Shown one piece after another: positions 9,796 through 18,612 of a stretch of 64,000 bases of DNA; the first letter of the stretch is position 1, and each line of letters opens with the position of its first letter. Under the pieces are notes generated by a model. The model saw only the letters and a program-made list of their open reading frames with translations, made no database searches and was not told where the DNA came from. A program made the position numbers and the translations under genes. The stretch comes from Candidatus Caenarcanales bacterium (lineage in GTDB: Bacteria; Cyanobacteriota; Vampirovibrionia; Caenarcaniphilales; Caenarcanaceae): positions 36,631-100,630 of the forward strand of contig JBGSRC010000003.1 in assembly GCA_041737745.1 (NCBI GenBank), given 5' to 3'.

Positions 9796-10467
9796 TCAGT
9801 CCGTAGCTCGATCCAGCTGATCCAAACTAAGTTTGGTGCTGTCTTTCATCAAGCTATCAGCCTGCTCACTGATAAAACCCAGATAAAGCTCACCAGTCTC
9901 CGGATCAGTCGATCTTTGCGCTAACTCCAAAACAGAAAAAGCCTCTCCAGCTTTGGTTTGAGCTGCACTGAAAATCTGTCTAAGCATACTGCCCCGCCCG
10001 CCTGTGACTGTCCCAGGGAAAGTCACTCCTCTCTCTTCCAGCTTGATCATCGCTACTTCGATTTCGATCGTTGGGGGCAAGAGCATGGCTATGTGGTGGT
10101 ATTCGTCTTCACCAAAGCGCTCAACCCATTTTTTGATGATGTGTTCTGGTTTGTCGGGGTAGGCCTGATCGATGAAGACTGCTGTCATTACTGGGTGTCT
10201 GTAGACATTTGCCCACCAGCCTTCGGCTCGATAATCAACTTTTTCGGAGAAGCTCCAGCCTTCTGCTAGATATTTTTGGGCTGAGCGTTCTACGTCTAGG
10301 GTTCTGACTGTGAGGTGATCTAGGAGCAGTGGCCAATTTTCTTCGTGGCAGATTTCTGTGTAGATTTGGGCTGCTTGGTTTTGGTCGAAGTAGGCTTGGG
10401 CTTTTTGTTTTACGGAGGGATTTTCGTCAAAGATTTTCAGAGTTTTTTGGATTAATTCTTCATTCAT
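9796..10467 (-). CDS. VOC-fold protein, DUF1338/HglS-like (putative Fe(II) 2-oxoacid oxygenase)
   Basis: DHLTVRT, YHHIAM, VLELAQR (H/H/E triad) and C-terminal GFISEQADSL resembling the DUF1338 'GF...NAD.IF.ST' ending. Confidence 0.6.
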   Translation of the reverse strand: MNEELIQKTLKIFDENPSVKQKAQAYFDQNQAAQIYTEICHEENWPLLLDHLTVRTLDVERSAQKYLAEGWSFSEKVDYRAEGWWANVYRHPVMTAVFIDQAYPDKPEHIIKKWVERFGEDEYHHIAMLLPPTIEIEVAMIKLEERGVTFPGTVTGGRGSMLRQIFSAAQTKAGEAFSVLELAQRSTDPETGELYLGFISEQADSLMKDSTKLSLDQLDRATD

Positions 10468-10554
10468 GATTTATTTGCCTCTGTTTTCAAGGATAAGACA
10501 AGAGGCTTGATTCTTTTGGTGTTCGTCATTTTCATGACAAGAGTCTTACTTTAG

Positions 10555-10625
10555 TCACTGTTAGGTTAGGGAGGTCTCATTTATGAGAGGGCTTCTTGCT
10601 ACGCAGCCCTCAAACTCCCCCTGAG
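10555..10625. repeat. REP-like node (CTGTTAGGTTAGGGA module plus module A, inverted)
   Basis: ATGAGAGGGC-loop-GCCCTCAAACTCCCCC at 10583-10621. Confidence 0.75.
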
Positions 10626-10726
10626 ACTTGCAAGGAAAAATAAAAGTCTTCAAAAGAAACCAAAACAATGACTGCCTCCAAATGGATCGAAGCTCGGCTT
10701 TGCAACAAATTTGTTAAGCTGAATTC

Positions 10727-12013
10727 ATGAGCGAAGTGAGCCCCCAAACAACAGATTTCATTCGAAAAGACAAAGAATATAGTGCCCCAGCTCTGAAAAG
10801 AGTATTCCCAATCGTTGCCGCCAGCGCCAAGGGATCATATATTCACGCTATAGACGGCCAAAAATACTTAGATCTCACAGCTGGTATAGGGGTCAACCAA
10901 CTCGGTCATTGTCACCCAGAAATAGTAGAGACGATACAGAGACAAGCAGCCGAATTGATTCACGTTAGCGTAGTCAGCTATCACCAACGCAACGCCGAGC
11001 TAGCAAAAAGCCTGAGCGCCGTTGCCCCCATGGAAGAAGCGCAAAGCTTCTTTTGCAATAGTGGCGCCGAAGCCGTCGAAGGAGCGATCAAACTAGCCAA
11101 ACAAGCCAACAAAGGAAGACCAAACATCGTCGCCTTCCGTGGTTCTTTTCATGGCCGGACTATGGGGGCCACTTCTCTCTCTTCATCGAAGACCATCTAT
11201 CGTTCGCATTACGATCCGCTCTTGGCTGGAGTGCACTTTTACGATTATCCGAATTGTTGGAATTGTCCAGTCTTCAAAGAACCCAGTACTTGTTCTCTCG
11301 AGTGCCTTGAACAACTCAAGCGCTCTTTCAAGCAAAATCTGCCACCGGAATCGATTGCCGCCATCATCATCGAACCGGTGCTAGGCGAGGGTGGTTATGT
11401 TCCGCTCCCCAATCATAGACATAATTATTTTCAGGAATTGCGCTCTCTCTGCGACCAACACGGCATTTTGCTAATCGCTGACGAAGTACAAAGTGGCATA
11501 GGCCGTACCGGCAGATGGTTTGCTAGTGAGCATTACGGAGTGATTCCCGATATCTTGTGTCTTGCTAAGGGCTTAGGAAGCGGGATGCCGATCGGTGCTT
11601 TTGTCGCTGGCCGTCAGCTGATGAGTCAAATGTTGCCCGGATCGCATGGGTCTACTTATGGTGGCAATCCGATTGCTTGCGCTGTCGCCCATAAGACGCT
11701 GGAAATTCTGGAGAGAGATGATCTAATCCCTCATGTTGCCCAGACAGGCACTGAGTTGATGAATTTTCTGCAAACTGAACTAGGATCTTTAGCGCAAGTG
11801 CGTGGCTATGGCTATATGATCGGTCTGCAGTTTGCTAGCTCTGAGCAGGTGGAAAAAATAATATCCAGTTGTTTTGCTCAAGGCGTACTGCTTCTCTCTT
11901 GTGGCACTTATAACGACACGCTACGTTTGATTCCATCGCTGAATATTTCCAGAGAAGATCTCTGGCAGGGCGCCAATATTATTCTCAAAGCCGCCAAGGA
12001 GAGCACAAAATGA
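10727..12013 (+). CDS. Class-III PLP aminotransferase (GabT/4-aminobutyrate aminotransferase-like)
   Basis: NSGAEAVEGAIK, SFHGRT, EPVLGEGG, DEVQSGIGRTG, AKGLGSGMPIG, HGSTYGGNP. Confidence 0.92.
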   Translation: MSEVSPQTTDFIRKDKEYSAPALKRVFPIVAASAKGSYIHAIDGQKYLDLTAGIGVNQLGHCHPEIVETIQRQAAELIHVSVVSYHQRNAELAKSLSAVAPMEEAQSFFCNSGAEAVEGAIKLAKQANKGRPNIVAFRGSFHGRTMGATSLSSSKTIYRSHYDPLLAGVHFYDYPNCWNCPVFKEPSTCSLECLEQLKRSFKQNLPPESIAAIIIEPVLGEGGYVPLPNHRHNYFQELRSLCDQHGILLIADEVQSGIGRTGRWFASEHYGVIPDILCLAKGLGSGMPIGAFVAGRQLMSQMLPGSHGSTYGGNPIACAVAHKTLEILERDDLIPHVAQTGTELMNFLQTELGSLAQVRGYGYMIGLQFASSEQVEKIISSCFAQGVLLLSCGTYNDTLRLIPSLNISREDLWQGANIILKAAKESTK

Positions 12014-13497
12014 CCAAACAAATCACAAGCCTACTGGCTAAGCAAAGAGATGAAAACCAAAGCCGAGTGCGTTTCGAGAAAAGAAACCCCGCCGATAGCT
12101 CAGACCTAGTAGTGACCGGCGAACTGGGTACAAGCGAAGATCTAGAGCTAGCGATCACGGCAGCGCAAGAGGGATTTCAGCTGTGGAAGAGCATTCCAGC
12201 CCCCAAGCGCGCCGAAGTACTTTACAGAGCAGCCGAGTTGGCGATTTTGCGCAAGGAAGAACTATCCCAACTGGTGACCCGTGAAACAGGCAAGCCAATC
12301 CTCGAAGGGCGTGGCGAAACGCAAGAGCTGATCGATACGCTGCTCTTTTTCGCCGGTGAAGGACGTAGACTCTATGGGATCACTGGCCAGAGTGAACTGG
12401 GCGCTAAGACTATCAGCACAATCCGTGAGCCGATTGGGGTTTGTGGCCTGATCACGGCCTGGAACTTCCCTCTTGCAGTGCCAAGCTGGAAGATCGCGCC
12501 GGCCTTGATTGCCGGAAATTCTTTTATCCTCAAGCCTTCTGAAAAAGCGCCTCTTTCCGGCTACGCCCTTGTGGCTTTACTGCATGAGGCTGGGTTACCC
12601 CACGCTGTCGGTCAAGTGCTTTTGGCGGGCAAAGAAATAACCGCAAAGCTGGCTAGCGACACGCGGGTGCCAGTGATTAGCTTCACCGGTTCAGTACCGG
12701 TGGGCGAGCAGCTTTCGGCTAGCTGTGGCGCCAAGCTAAAAAAATGCTCGCTCGAGCTCGGTGGCAAAAACGCCATAGTGGCTCTCGCTGACGCCAATCG
12801 TGACTTGCTTCTTGAGGGTGTGCTTTGGGGTGCTTTTGCGACGGCCGGCCAACGTTGCACATCTACCAGTAGATTGATTCTAGAAAAATCGAGCTGGACA
12901 GAGCGCTTTCTGGATGAGCTGCTAGCCAAAACCAAAAACCTAAAACTGGGCAATGGCCTAAAACCGGAAACGGAGATCGGGCCACTGATAGACGAAAGCC
13001 AAATCCCGCGTGTGCAAGGCTATGTCGATCGGGCGCTCGCCGCTGGCGCTAGTCTCTTGTGTGGCGGTAAGCAGGCGCTTGGTGCTGGACTAGAGGGTGG
13101 GAGTTTCTATGAACCGAGTATTGTTCTCATTCACGATCTCAAATCTGAGCTCTGGCAGAGTGAAGTTTTCGGGCCTGTTTTGGCTGTTTGTCTAGTCGAT
13201 ACTCCCCAAGAAGCTCTTCAGGCTGCTAACGATTCAGAGTTTGGCTTGTCGCTTTCGGTCTATTCGCAAGACATCGGTCAAGCACAGCGCTTCGCTCGGG
13301 ATCTAGAGGCAGGAATAGTTTATATCAATGCTCCGACCATTGGGGCTGAGTGTGGGGGAGCCAGTGCTTTCGGTGGCTGGAAAAAGTCGGGCAATGGCTC
13401 GCGCGAAGGTGGGCTTTTGGCTCTCGATACTTACACTCAGTACAAGACCATTTATCACGACTTTTCGGCTAGTCTCCAGCGCGCTCAGCTAGAATAG
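12010..13497 (+). CDS. NAD(P)-dependent aldehyde dehydrogenase
   Basis: ITAWNFP, KPSE, SFTGS, LELGGKN, catalytic GQRCTSTSR, EVFGPV, FGGWKKSGNG; 4-bp overlap with the aminotransferase. Confidence 0.95.
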   Translation: MTKQITSLLAKQRDENQSRVRFEKRNPADSSDLVVTGELGTSEDLELAITAAQEGFQLWKSIPAPKRAEVLYRAAELAILRKEELSQLVTRETGKPILEGRGETQELIDTLLFFAGEGRRLYGITGQSELGAKTISTIREPIGVCGLITAWNFPLAVPSWKIAPALIAGNSFILKPSEKAPLSGYALVALLHEAGLPHAVGQVLLAGKEITAKLASDTRVPVISFTGSVPVGEQLSASCGAKLKKCSLELGGKNAIVALADANRDLLLEGVLWGAFATAGQRCTSTSRLILEKSSWTERFLDELLAKTKNLKLGNGLKPETEIGPLIDESQIPRVQGYVDRALAAGASLLCGGKQALGAGLEGGSFYEPSIVLIHDLKSELWQSEVFGPVLAVCLVDTPQEALQAANDSEFGLSLSVYSQDIGQAQRFARDLEAGIVYINAPTIGAECGGASAFGGWKKSGNGSREGGLLALDTYTQYKTIYHDFSASLQRAQLE

Positions 13498-13503
13498 AGA
13501 GTC

Positions 13504-14280
13504 ATGGTTTTCGATTTTTCCTTTTTTCTTTCACTTCTTTGGGGGCTCATAGGGGCTTTTCTCTTTTATTTATTTTGTGGTTTTGTCGACATCAAGCGCA
13601 ACGATAATCTTGACCGCGAAACTATCCTCAAATATTTCCTGAAAAGCGGGCGCACTACATGGCATCTAGCGCCGCTCAATTTGTTGATGGATTTGTTTTG
13701 CTGGGGAAATCGTTATATTTACCAGCTGAGCGATCTATCCGATGAGTGTCAGGCTGAGGTGAAAGGGCTGATCGGTACTTTTGAGGCGAAAAAAGAGTTG
13801 ATTTTCAGTGAGCTAGCCGAGAAAGTAAAAGGCAAGCAAAAGGGGATGATCTTTTTCAAGTGGTATGACAAAAACATCGAAAACAGCTTCACTATCCCCG
13901 AGTTTCACGCCCAGTACAAACACATCAGGACGATTGGGGTGTCTGTCTTCAATGCTGGCCAAGCTACGGCGGCTCATTTTGGTCCTTTGAGAGCGACTTT
14001 GCGTTTGCTCTATAACTTTACGCCGGTCAATGATGACAGTGTTTATATACAGGTTGGGCGGCGGCGGCATATTTGGCACAAAGAGCCATTGTTTATATTT
14101 GACGATACTTTGCTGCATCAGTCTTGTAACGGATCGGATCAGCCACGGTATTGTATTTTTGTGGATATTTTAAGACCGACTTTTGCGCCTAGGTTCATGG
14201 ATTTGATGGTGAAGTTGGTGCAGGTTGTTTTCATTAATTTCAACCGGATTTTTTACAAGCACTGGGAGTTTATTCATTAA
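13504..14280 (+). CDS. Aspartyl/asparaginyl beta-hydroxylase (AspH/LpxO-like) 2OG-Fe(II) dioxygenase with N-terminal TM
   Basis: AAHFGP..LR, FIFDDTLLH and R.CIFVDILRP motifs. Confidence 0.8.
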   Translation: MVFDFSFFLSLLWGLIGAFLFYLFCGFVDIKRNDNLDRETILKYFLKSGRTTWHLAPLNLLMDLFCWGNRYIYQLSDLSDECQAEVKGLIGTFEAKKELIFSELAEKVKGKQKGMIFFKWYDKNIENSFTIPEFHAQYKHIRTIGVSVFNAGQATAAHFGPLRATLRLLYNFTPVNDDSVYIQVGRRRHIWHKEPLFIFDDTLLHQSCNGSDQPRYCIFVDILRPTFAPRFMDLMVKLVQVVFINFNRIFYKHWEFIH

Positions 14281-14302
14281 TCCCTTTGTGTTGATCTGCT
14301 TC

Positions 14303-14400
14303 CCACCCCCCAACCCCCTCCTCGTAGGGGGAGTTAGAGAGAATCAAAAGTTTTATGAGGGCTTGCCGCCCTCAAGCTCCCGCTGGAAGATAAATGGGGG
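14303..14400. repeat. REP-like node (module B inverted plus module A inverted)
   Basis: CCACCCCCCAACCCCCTCCTCGTAGGGGGAG at 14303; ATGAGGGC-TTGCC-GCCCTCAAGCTCCCGCTGGAAGA at 14355. Confidence 0.75.
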
Positions 14401-14505
14401 AAATCGTCTCTTCGCCCGCACAAAATATTTCTTTTAACTCCAGTAAAAACTAAGACTCAAGCTCCCGTTAGGAGCAGAGGAAGAGGAAAAACCAAGCTAA
14501 ATTCG

Positions 14506-15372
14506 CTAAGCTTTAGCCTTCTCAGGCCTAGGATCACCGACAAGAAACTTCCGACCAATCCCCAAAGCCCCATCAGTCACCCCAACAGCAGCACCCTTAA
14601 GTTCCTTAGGTAAAGGCAATGACTCAAGCACAGCATTGCGGTAAGTGGCCATGTTCTCAATTAAGAACTCTCCGATATCAGCCACCAATTGCTTGTCTTC
14701 TAACAAAGGCTTCTCAATAGGAGCATTGAGCCGTGACTGCAACTCCATATAACTGATCCCCGATTTGCTAGCAAGGTGAGTGAGCGCTTTTTGCGTAAGA
14801 GGATCGCTAGCCCGACCAGCGCGAATGTTGGCCTGAAGCTGCTTGATGAACTGATAACGCAATAGCGGACTGTCGACATGTGGTTTAGCCGCTCCTAGTC
14901 CCGCCAAGACAGTCCCAATCATCATCCCCGGTATAAAGCCGATGGCAAAGCCAGCCAAAGCGCCAGCTCCCGCTCCAGCGGCTGCGTGCAAGAGAGAGCT
15001 TCCTCTATCGGCCCATTTTTGTTCGGTGATGATCTGTTTGTCTCGTAGATCGTTTGCTATTACTTTATTCCGGAATTCGGTGTATTTTGAGTCGAAGTCT
15101 AGCCCTTCGCTGCCTGGTCCTAGGCGACGATTGGCGATATTGAGAGTGTTGACGCCCACTTCATTGGCCATTTTGGCGGCATTTGGGGTGAAAAGACCGA
15201 AGCCATTTTCGAAGTTTCCAAGCTCTAAGAGGCGTTCGTCTTTGAATGATCTAAAAAAATCTTGACCTAAGCCATTTTCTTCTCCTATAGTCGAGCGGGC
15301 TTGGTTGACTGCTAAAAGAGGGAGGATGATTGCACTACCCCAAGCGAGGGCTGTTGGTATAGCTGAGAACAT
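14506..15372 (-). CDS. Hypothetical membrane-associated protein with glycine-zipper segment
   Basis: 288-aa ORF; hydrophobic N-terminus; AAAGAGAGALAGFAIGFIPG...GTVLAGLG. Confidence 0.75.
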   Translation of the reverse strand: MFSAIPTALAWGSAIILPLLAVNQARSTIGEENGLGQDFFRSFKDERLLELGNFENGFGLFTPNAAKMANEVGVNTLNIANRRLGPGSEGLDFDSKYTEFRNKVIANDLRDKQIITEQKWADRGSSLLHAAAGAGAGALAGFAIGFIPGMMIGTVLAGLGAAKPHVDSPLLRYQFIKQLQANIRAGRASDPLTQKALTHLASKSGISYMELQSRLNAPIEKPLLEDKQLVADIGEFLIENMATYRNAVLESLPLPKELKGAAVGVTDGALGIGRKFLVGDPRPEKAKA

Positions 15373-15563
15373 ATTTTGGACCTATCTTATAGAGAATTTT
15401 TTATATAACACTGTGATAAGTCAGAAAGTATCTTGAGCTGAACTCAAAATGAAGAGAATTTAAGGTTCTGGAAATATTTACTCTAAGCGGCTAGCGAACC
15501 CTAACACCCCCCTGAAAAGCCCCGAACAATCCAAAGCGTCAAGATACGAATATACTTGAGATT

Positions 15564-16586
15564 ATGATCAGCAAAAGCGAACTGAACCTCGCCAATAATC
15601 CCCTAGCTCGTGACACCGAAATCCTTGGCCAGAAGGTAAGAGAGCTGCTCGCAGAGCGCAACGCAATCTTACTGACACACATCTATCAACGCCTAGAAAT
15701 CCAGCGCTATTCAGACTGTGTCGCCGATAGCCTTGCCCTATCACGGAAAGCAGCCCAAACAGACGCCAAAATCATCGTCTTCTGTGGCGTGCACTTCATG
15801 GCCGAAACAGCCAAGCTGCTAAACCCCGAACGCCTAGTGTTGCTGCCAGATCTAGCCTCAGGCTGCCCAATGGCCGATATGATCGTCCCCCAAGACCTGC
15901 TAGACTTCAAAGCCCAACATCCAGGCTGCCCTGTGGTCTGCTACATAAACTCCTCTGCCGCCGTCAAGTCGCTCTCAGATATCTGCTGCACCAGCACCAA
16001 TGCCGTTGAGATAGTCCGTTCACTGAGCGAGCAAGAAGTGATTTTTGTGCCAGATAAAGGACTTGGAGCTTGGGTGCAGAGCCAAATCCCCGAGAAAAAA
16101 TTGCACATCTATGACGGTTTTTGCCCTACTCACTACCAAATCACCACCAATGAGGTCACTAGGCTGAGAGAAGCTCATCCAGAAGCTGTAGTGATCGCCC
16201 ATCCGGAATGCGATCCGAGCGTATGGGCTATGGCTGATTTTGTGGGAAGCACCTCTCAAATCTACAAATTTGCCGAAGAATGTCCCCAAGAAGAGATTAT
16301 TGTGCTCTCAGAGCATGGTTTGATTCGGCGCATGCAAGCTGACCTCCCGCAGAAAAAGTTTTTGCTCACTTTCCCCAACCCACTCTGCCCGAATATGAAA
16401 TATCACAGATTGGAGACGGTGATCAATGCGCTCGAAAAGCTGGTGCATCCGATCGAGATTCCCGAGTATGGCGTCCCTGATGGTCTCTTTGCTCGCGCTA
16501 AGCGGACTATCGATCGAATGTTCGAGGCTACTGAGGCGGCTTACAAGGGAAACTATTGGCAGGGAGCCAAGTCTGCTTTTGCTTAG
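15564..16586 (+). CDS. nadA: Quinolinate synthase A
   Basis: HIYQR, DSLALS, FCGVHFMAETAK, GCPMA, YINS, FCPTH, HPEC, GSTS, CPNMK. Confidence 0.96.
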   Translation: MISKSELNLANNPLARDTEILGQKVRELLAERNAILLTHIYQRLEIQRYSDCVADSLALSRKAAQTDAKIIVFCGVHFMAETAKLLNPERLVLLPDLASGCPMADMIVPQDLLDFKAQHPGCPVVCYINSSAAVKSLSDICCTSTNAVEIVRSLSEQEVIFVPDKGLGAWVQSQIPEKKLHIYDGFCPTHYQITTNEVTRLREAHPEAVVIAHPECDPSVWAMADFVGSTSQIYKFAEECPQEEIIVLSEHGLIRRMQADLPQKKFLLTFPNPLCPNMKYHRLETVINALEKLVHPIEIPEYGVPDGLFARAKRTIDRMFEATEAAYKGNYWQGAKSAFA

Positions 16587-16593
16587 AGAGCTT

Positions 16594-17070
16594 TCATCCC
16601 CTCACTAGTCCTTTTTCACGCAGCTCAGAAAGTAAAAGAGGCTCAGCGTGAGGATTTAGCCAGACCTGACCGAGCACAGTAGCCACAAAGATCTGATGGC
16701 CGACTGAGTCGCATTGATCGTGAAGCGCGCAGCGCAAATATCCGAGACTTTCGCTTAGGTAGGGGCAGTTTCTCTCGTCGAAGCCGTGGGGGATTTTGTT
16801 TAGCTTGTCGCGTTCGCGTCCAGATTTGCGGCCTAGAGAGCTGATCAGTTTAGTTTGTTTTGTGGCCAGAAAGTTGAGGTTGAAGATGCCGGAGGAGCGG
16901 ACCAGTTCTATTGTGAGGTCAGTTTTGTAGAGGGCGATGGTGATCATTGTTCCCCCTAAATCGCTCTGCATGGCCCAGGTGATGATATTGGCGTTGGTTT
17001 TTCCTTGGTGGGCGCTTGTTACTGAGTGGACTTGATAGTTTTTGAGCTTTAGTAGTTTTTGGGGTGGCAT
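16594..17070 (-). CDS. Flavin reductase-like (FMN-binding split-barrel) protein
   Basis: N..TWAMQ, FNLNFL, LGRKSGRERDK, CPYL and G.HQIFVA pattern. Confidence 0.8.
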   Translation of the reverse strand: MPPQKLLKLKNYQVHSVTSAHQGKTNANIITWAMQSDLGGTMITIALYKTDLTIELVRSSGIFNLNFLATKQTKLISSLGRKSGRERDKLNKIPHGFDERNCPYLSESLGYLRCALHDQCDSVGHQIFVATVLGQVWLNPHAEPLLLSELREKGLVRG

Positions 17071-17182
17071 TAGATTAGTTTGCCTTTTTAGGTGTTTATT
17101 GAATAATTATTTTGTTTTTGTTGCTGGGAACCGCTTCATAAAAGATCTCTATGACCTACAGTGAAAGGGCAATTTTTAGCTT

Positions 17183-17362
17183 ACTGTAGGTTAGGGAAGT
17201 TAAATTCCATTAGGGGGCGCAGCCCCCTAAGACCCCCTAAGATCTTGAATTGAATCAAGAGCTAAAAAACCCCCTAAAGAAACGAGTGAAATGACTCCCC
17301 CTAATTCGGTCAAAGCTCGGCACCTTGTCCACTCAAGCTAAGCGATCAGGCTCAGCCTTGCT
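17183..17362. repeat. REP-like node (ACTGTAGGTTAGGGA module, module D, module E overlapping the transaldolase stop)
   Basis: TAGGGGGCGCAGCCCCCTA hairpin at about 17212; CAGGCTCAGCCTTGC at 17347-17361. Confidence 0.75.
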
Positions 17363-17999
17363 GACTAGCTCGCCAATCAGCCATAAACTGCACCAAACCA
17401 GAATCAGTGAGCGGATGGGCAATGAGCTTAGAAAAAAGTGAATGCGGAATAGTAGCAATATCAGCCCCAGCAAGCGCAGCCTGAGTGACATGATAAGCAG
17501 TCCGAATGCTCGCCGCAATGATCTCAGTCTTGATCTTATGCTTGGAAAAGATCTCATCGATATCTGCAATGATCCCCATCCCATCTTGATTGATATCTTC
17601 AAGCCGCCCAATGAAAGGACTGACATAAGCCGCCCCCGCCCGCGCGCAAAGCAAAGCCTGATTCGGCGAAAAGCAAAGTGTCATATTCACCGCTATGCCC
17701 TTGCCAGCCAGACTAGAACAAGCCTTCAAACCCTCAATGGTCGTCGGTAGCTTCACCACCACAGCCGGATCCCAGCTGGAAAATTCCATCCCATCACGAA
17801 ACATCTCCTCGGCCGTCTCAGTGGTTACCTCAGCACTGACAGGTCCTTGTACCAGATCGCAGATTTGCACTATCGTATCTCTGAAGTCTCCACCGGCTTT
17901 GGCGATCAGACTTGGGTTTGTAGTCACCCCACTCAAAATACCCCAGCTTGCGATCTCACGGACTTGTTCGATTACGGCTGAGTCTATGTATAGTTTCAT
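17352..17999 (-). CDS. tal: Transaldolase / fructose-6-phosphate aldolase (TalC/Fsa type)
   Basis: DSA, GVTTNPSL, VSAEV, VVKLP, NMTLCFS, YVSPFIGRLED, AASIR. Confidence 0.95.
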   Translation of the reverse strand: MKLYIDSAVIEQVREIASWGILSGVTTNPSLIAKAGGDFRDTIVQICDLVQGPVSAEVTTETAEEMFRDGMEFSSWDPAVVVKLPTTIEGLKACSSLAGKGIAVNMTLCFSPNQALLCARAGAAYVSPFIGRLEDINQDGMGIIADIDEIFSKHKIKTEIIAASIRTAYHVTQAALAGADIATIPHSLFSKLIAHPLTDSGLVQFMADWRASQQG

Positions 18000-18039
18000 G
18001 TTTTGTCAGTTGGCTAAAAAAGTATTTTACTCTAGCTTT

Positions 18040-18597
18040 CTAGAGACAATCGACAGCCAGCAAATCTTCTGCTTGATTGTTTTTGTACTCTCCCGGCTCC
18101 AAATCAGCAAAAGCCCCTTGCGCCCAGTGCCCCTCCAGCTCATATCGCACCTCCCCGCGAGCGTCGAGCTTGGGATAGACTGGCCTTCTGTTCAGCAGAG
18201 CATTGCCGACAGTGCCTCTCAGCGACACAACGATCTTCTGGCCGTCAGCGTTCAGGAGGTTTAGTTTGTCTTGTTTGAGCCTAACTGTGCATTCTGTTGC
18301 ATCTTCTGGCTTACTAAAACGAATCAATCCCACAAAACGAAAGACCGGTTTTAGGCTGCTATTGCCGTCCTTGAAACTATTGGCTTGAAGCAGCTCTTCG
18401 GGGGTCACTTTGTAGCTGGTGCTCGATTCTATTGGGCTGGCCAGTATTTTGAAGCGTTGGCTTTGGGTGAAAGAAATCTGAGGGAGCATGACGGGGCTGA
18501 AATCATTTGTGGGTTGAGCGTGGCTTTCCGCTCTCAGCAGGCAAATTCCCACGAAGACCAATACTGATTTTTGAAGCCAAAGGCTACGCATGAACAA
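18040..18597 (-). CDS. Secreted hypothetical protein, fimbrial/DUF4402-like beta-sandwich (paralog of 18571-19170)
   Basis: Signal-like N-terminus; segment KLNLLNADGQKIVVSLRGTVG and PGEY aligns with the neighbour. Confidence 0.65.
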   Translation of the reverse strand: MFMRSLWLQKSVLVFVGICLLRAESHAQPTNDFSPVMLPQISFTQSQRFKILASPIESSTSYKVTPEELLQANSFKDGNSSLKPVFRFVGLIRFSKPEDATECTVRLKQDKLNLLNADGQKIVVSLRGTVGNALLNRRPVYPKLDARGEVRYELEGHWAQGAFADLEPGEYKNNQAEDLLAVDCL

Positions 18598-18612
18598 ACT
18601 ATAATGGATTTT

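Noticed and set aside
17695-18264. 189-aa plus-strand ORF, and similar shadow ORFs (1412-1780, 9130-9498, 39995-40375, 43043-43459, 47815-48270, 56713-57117)
   Set aside because: They are antisense to well-supported genes and have no recognisable motifs.
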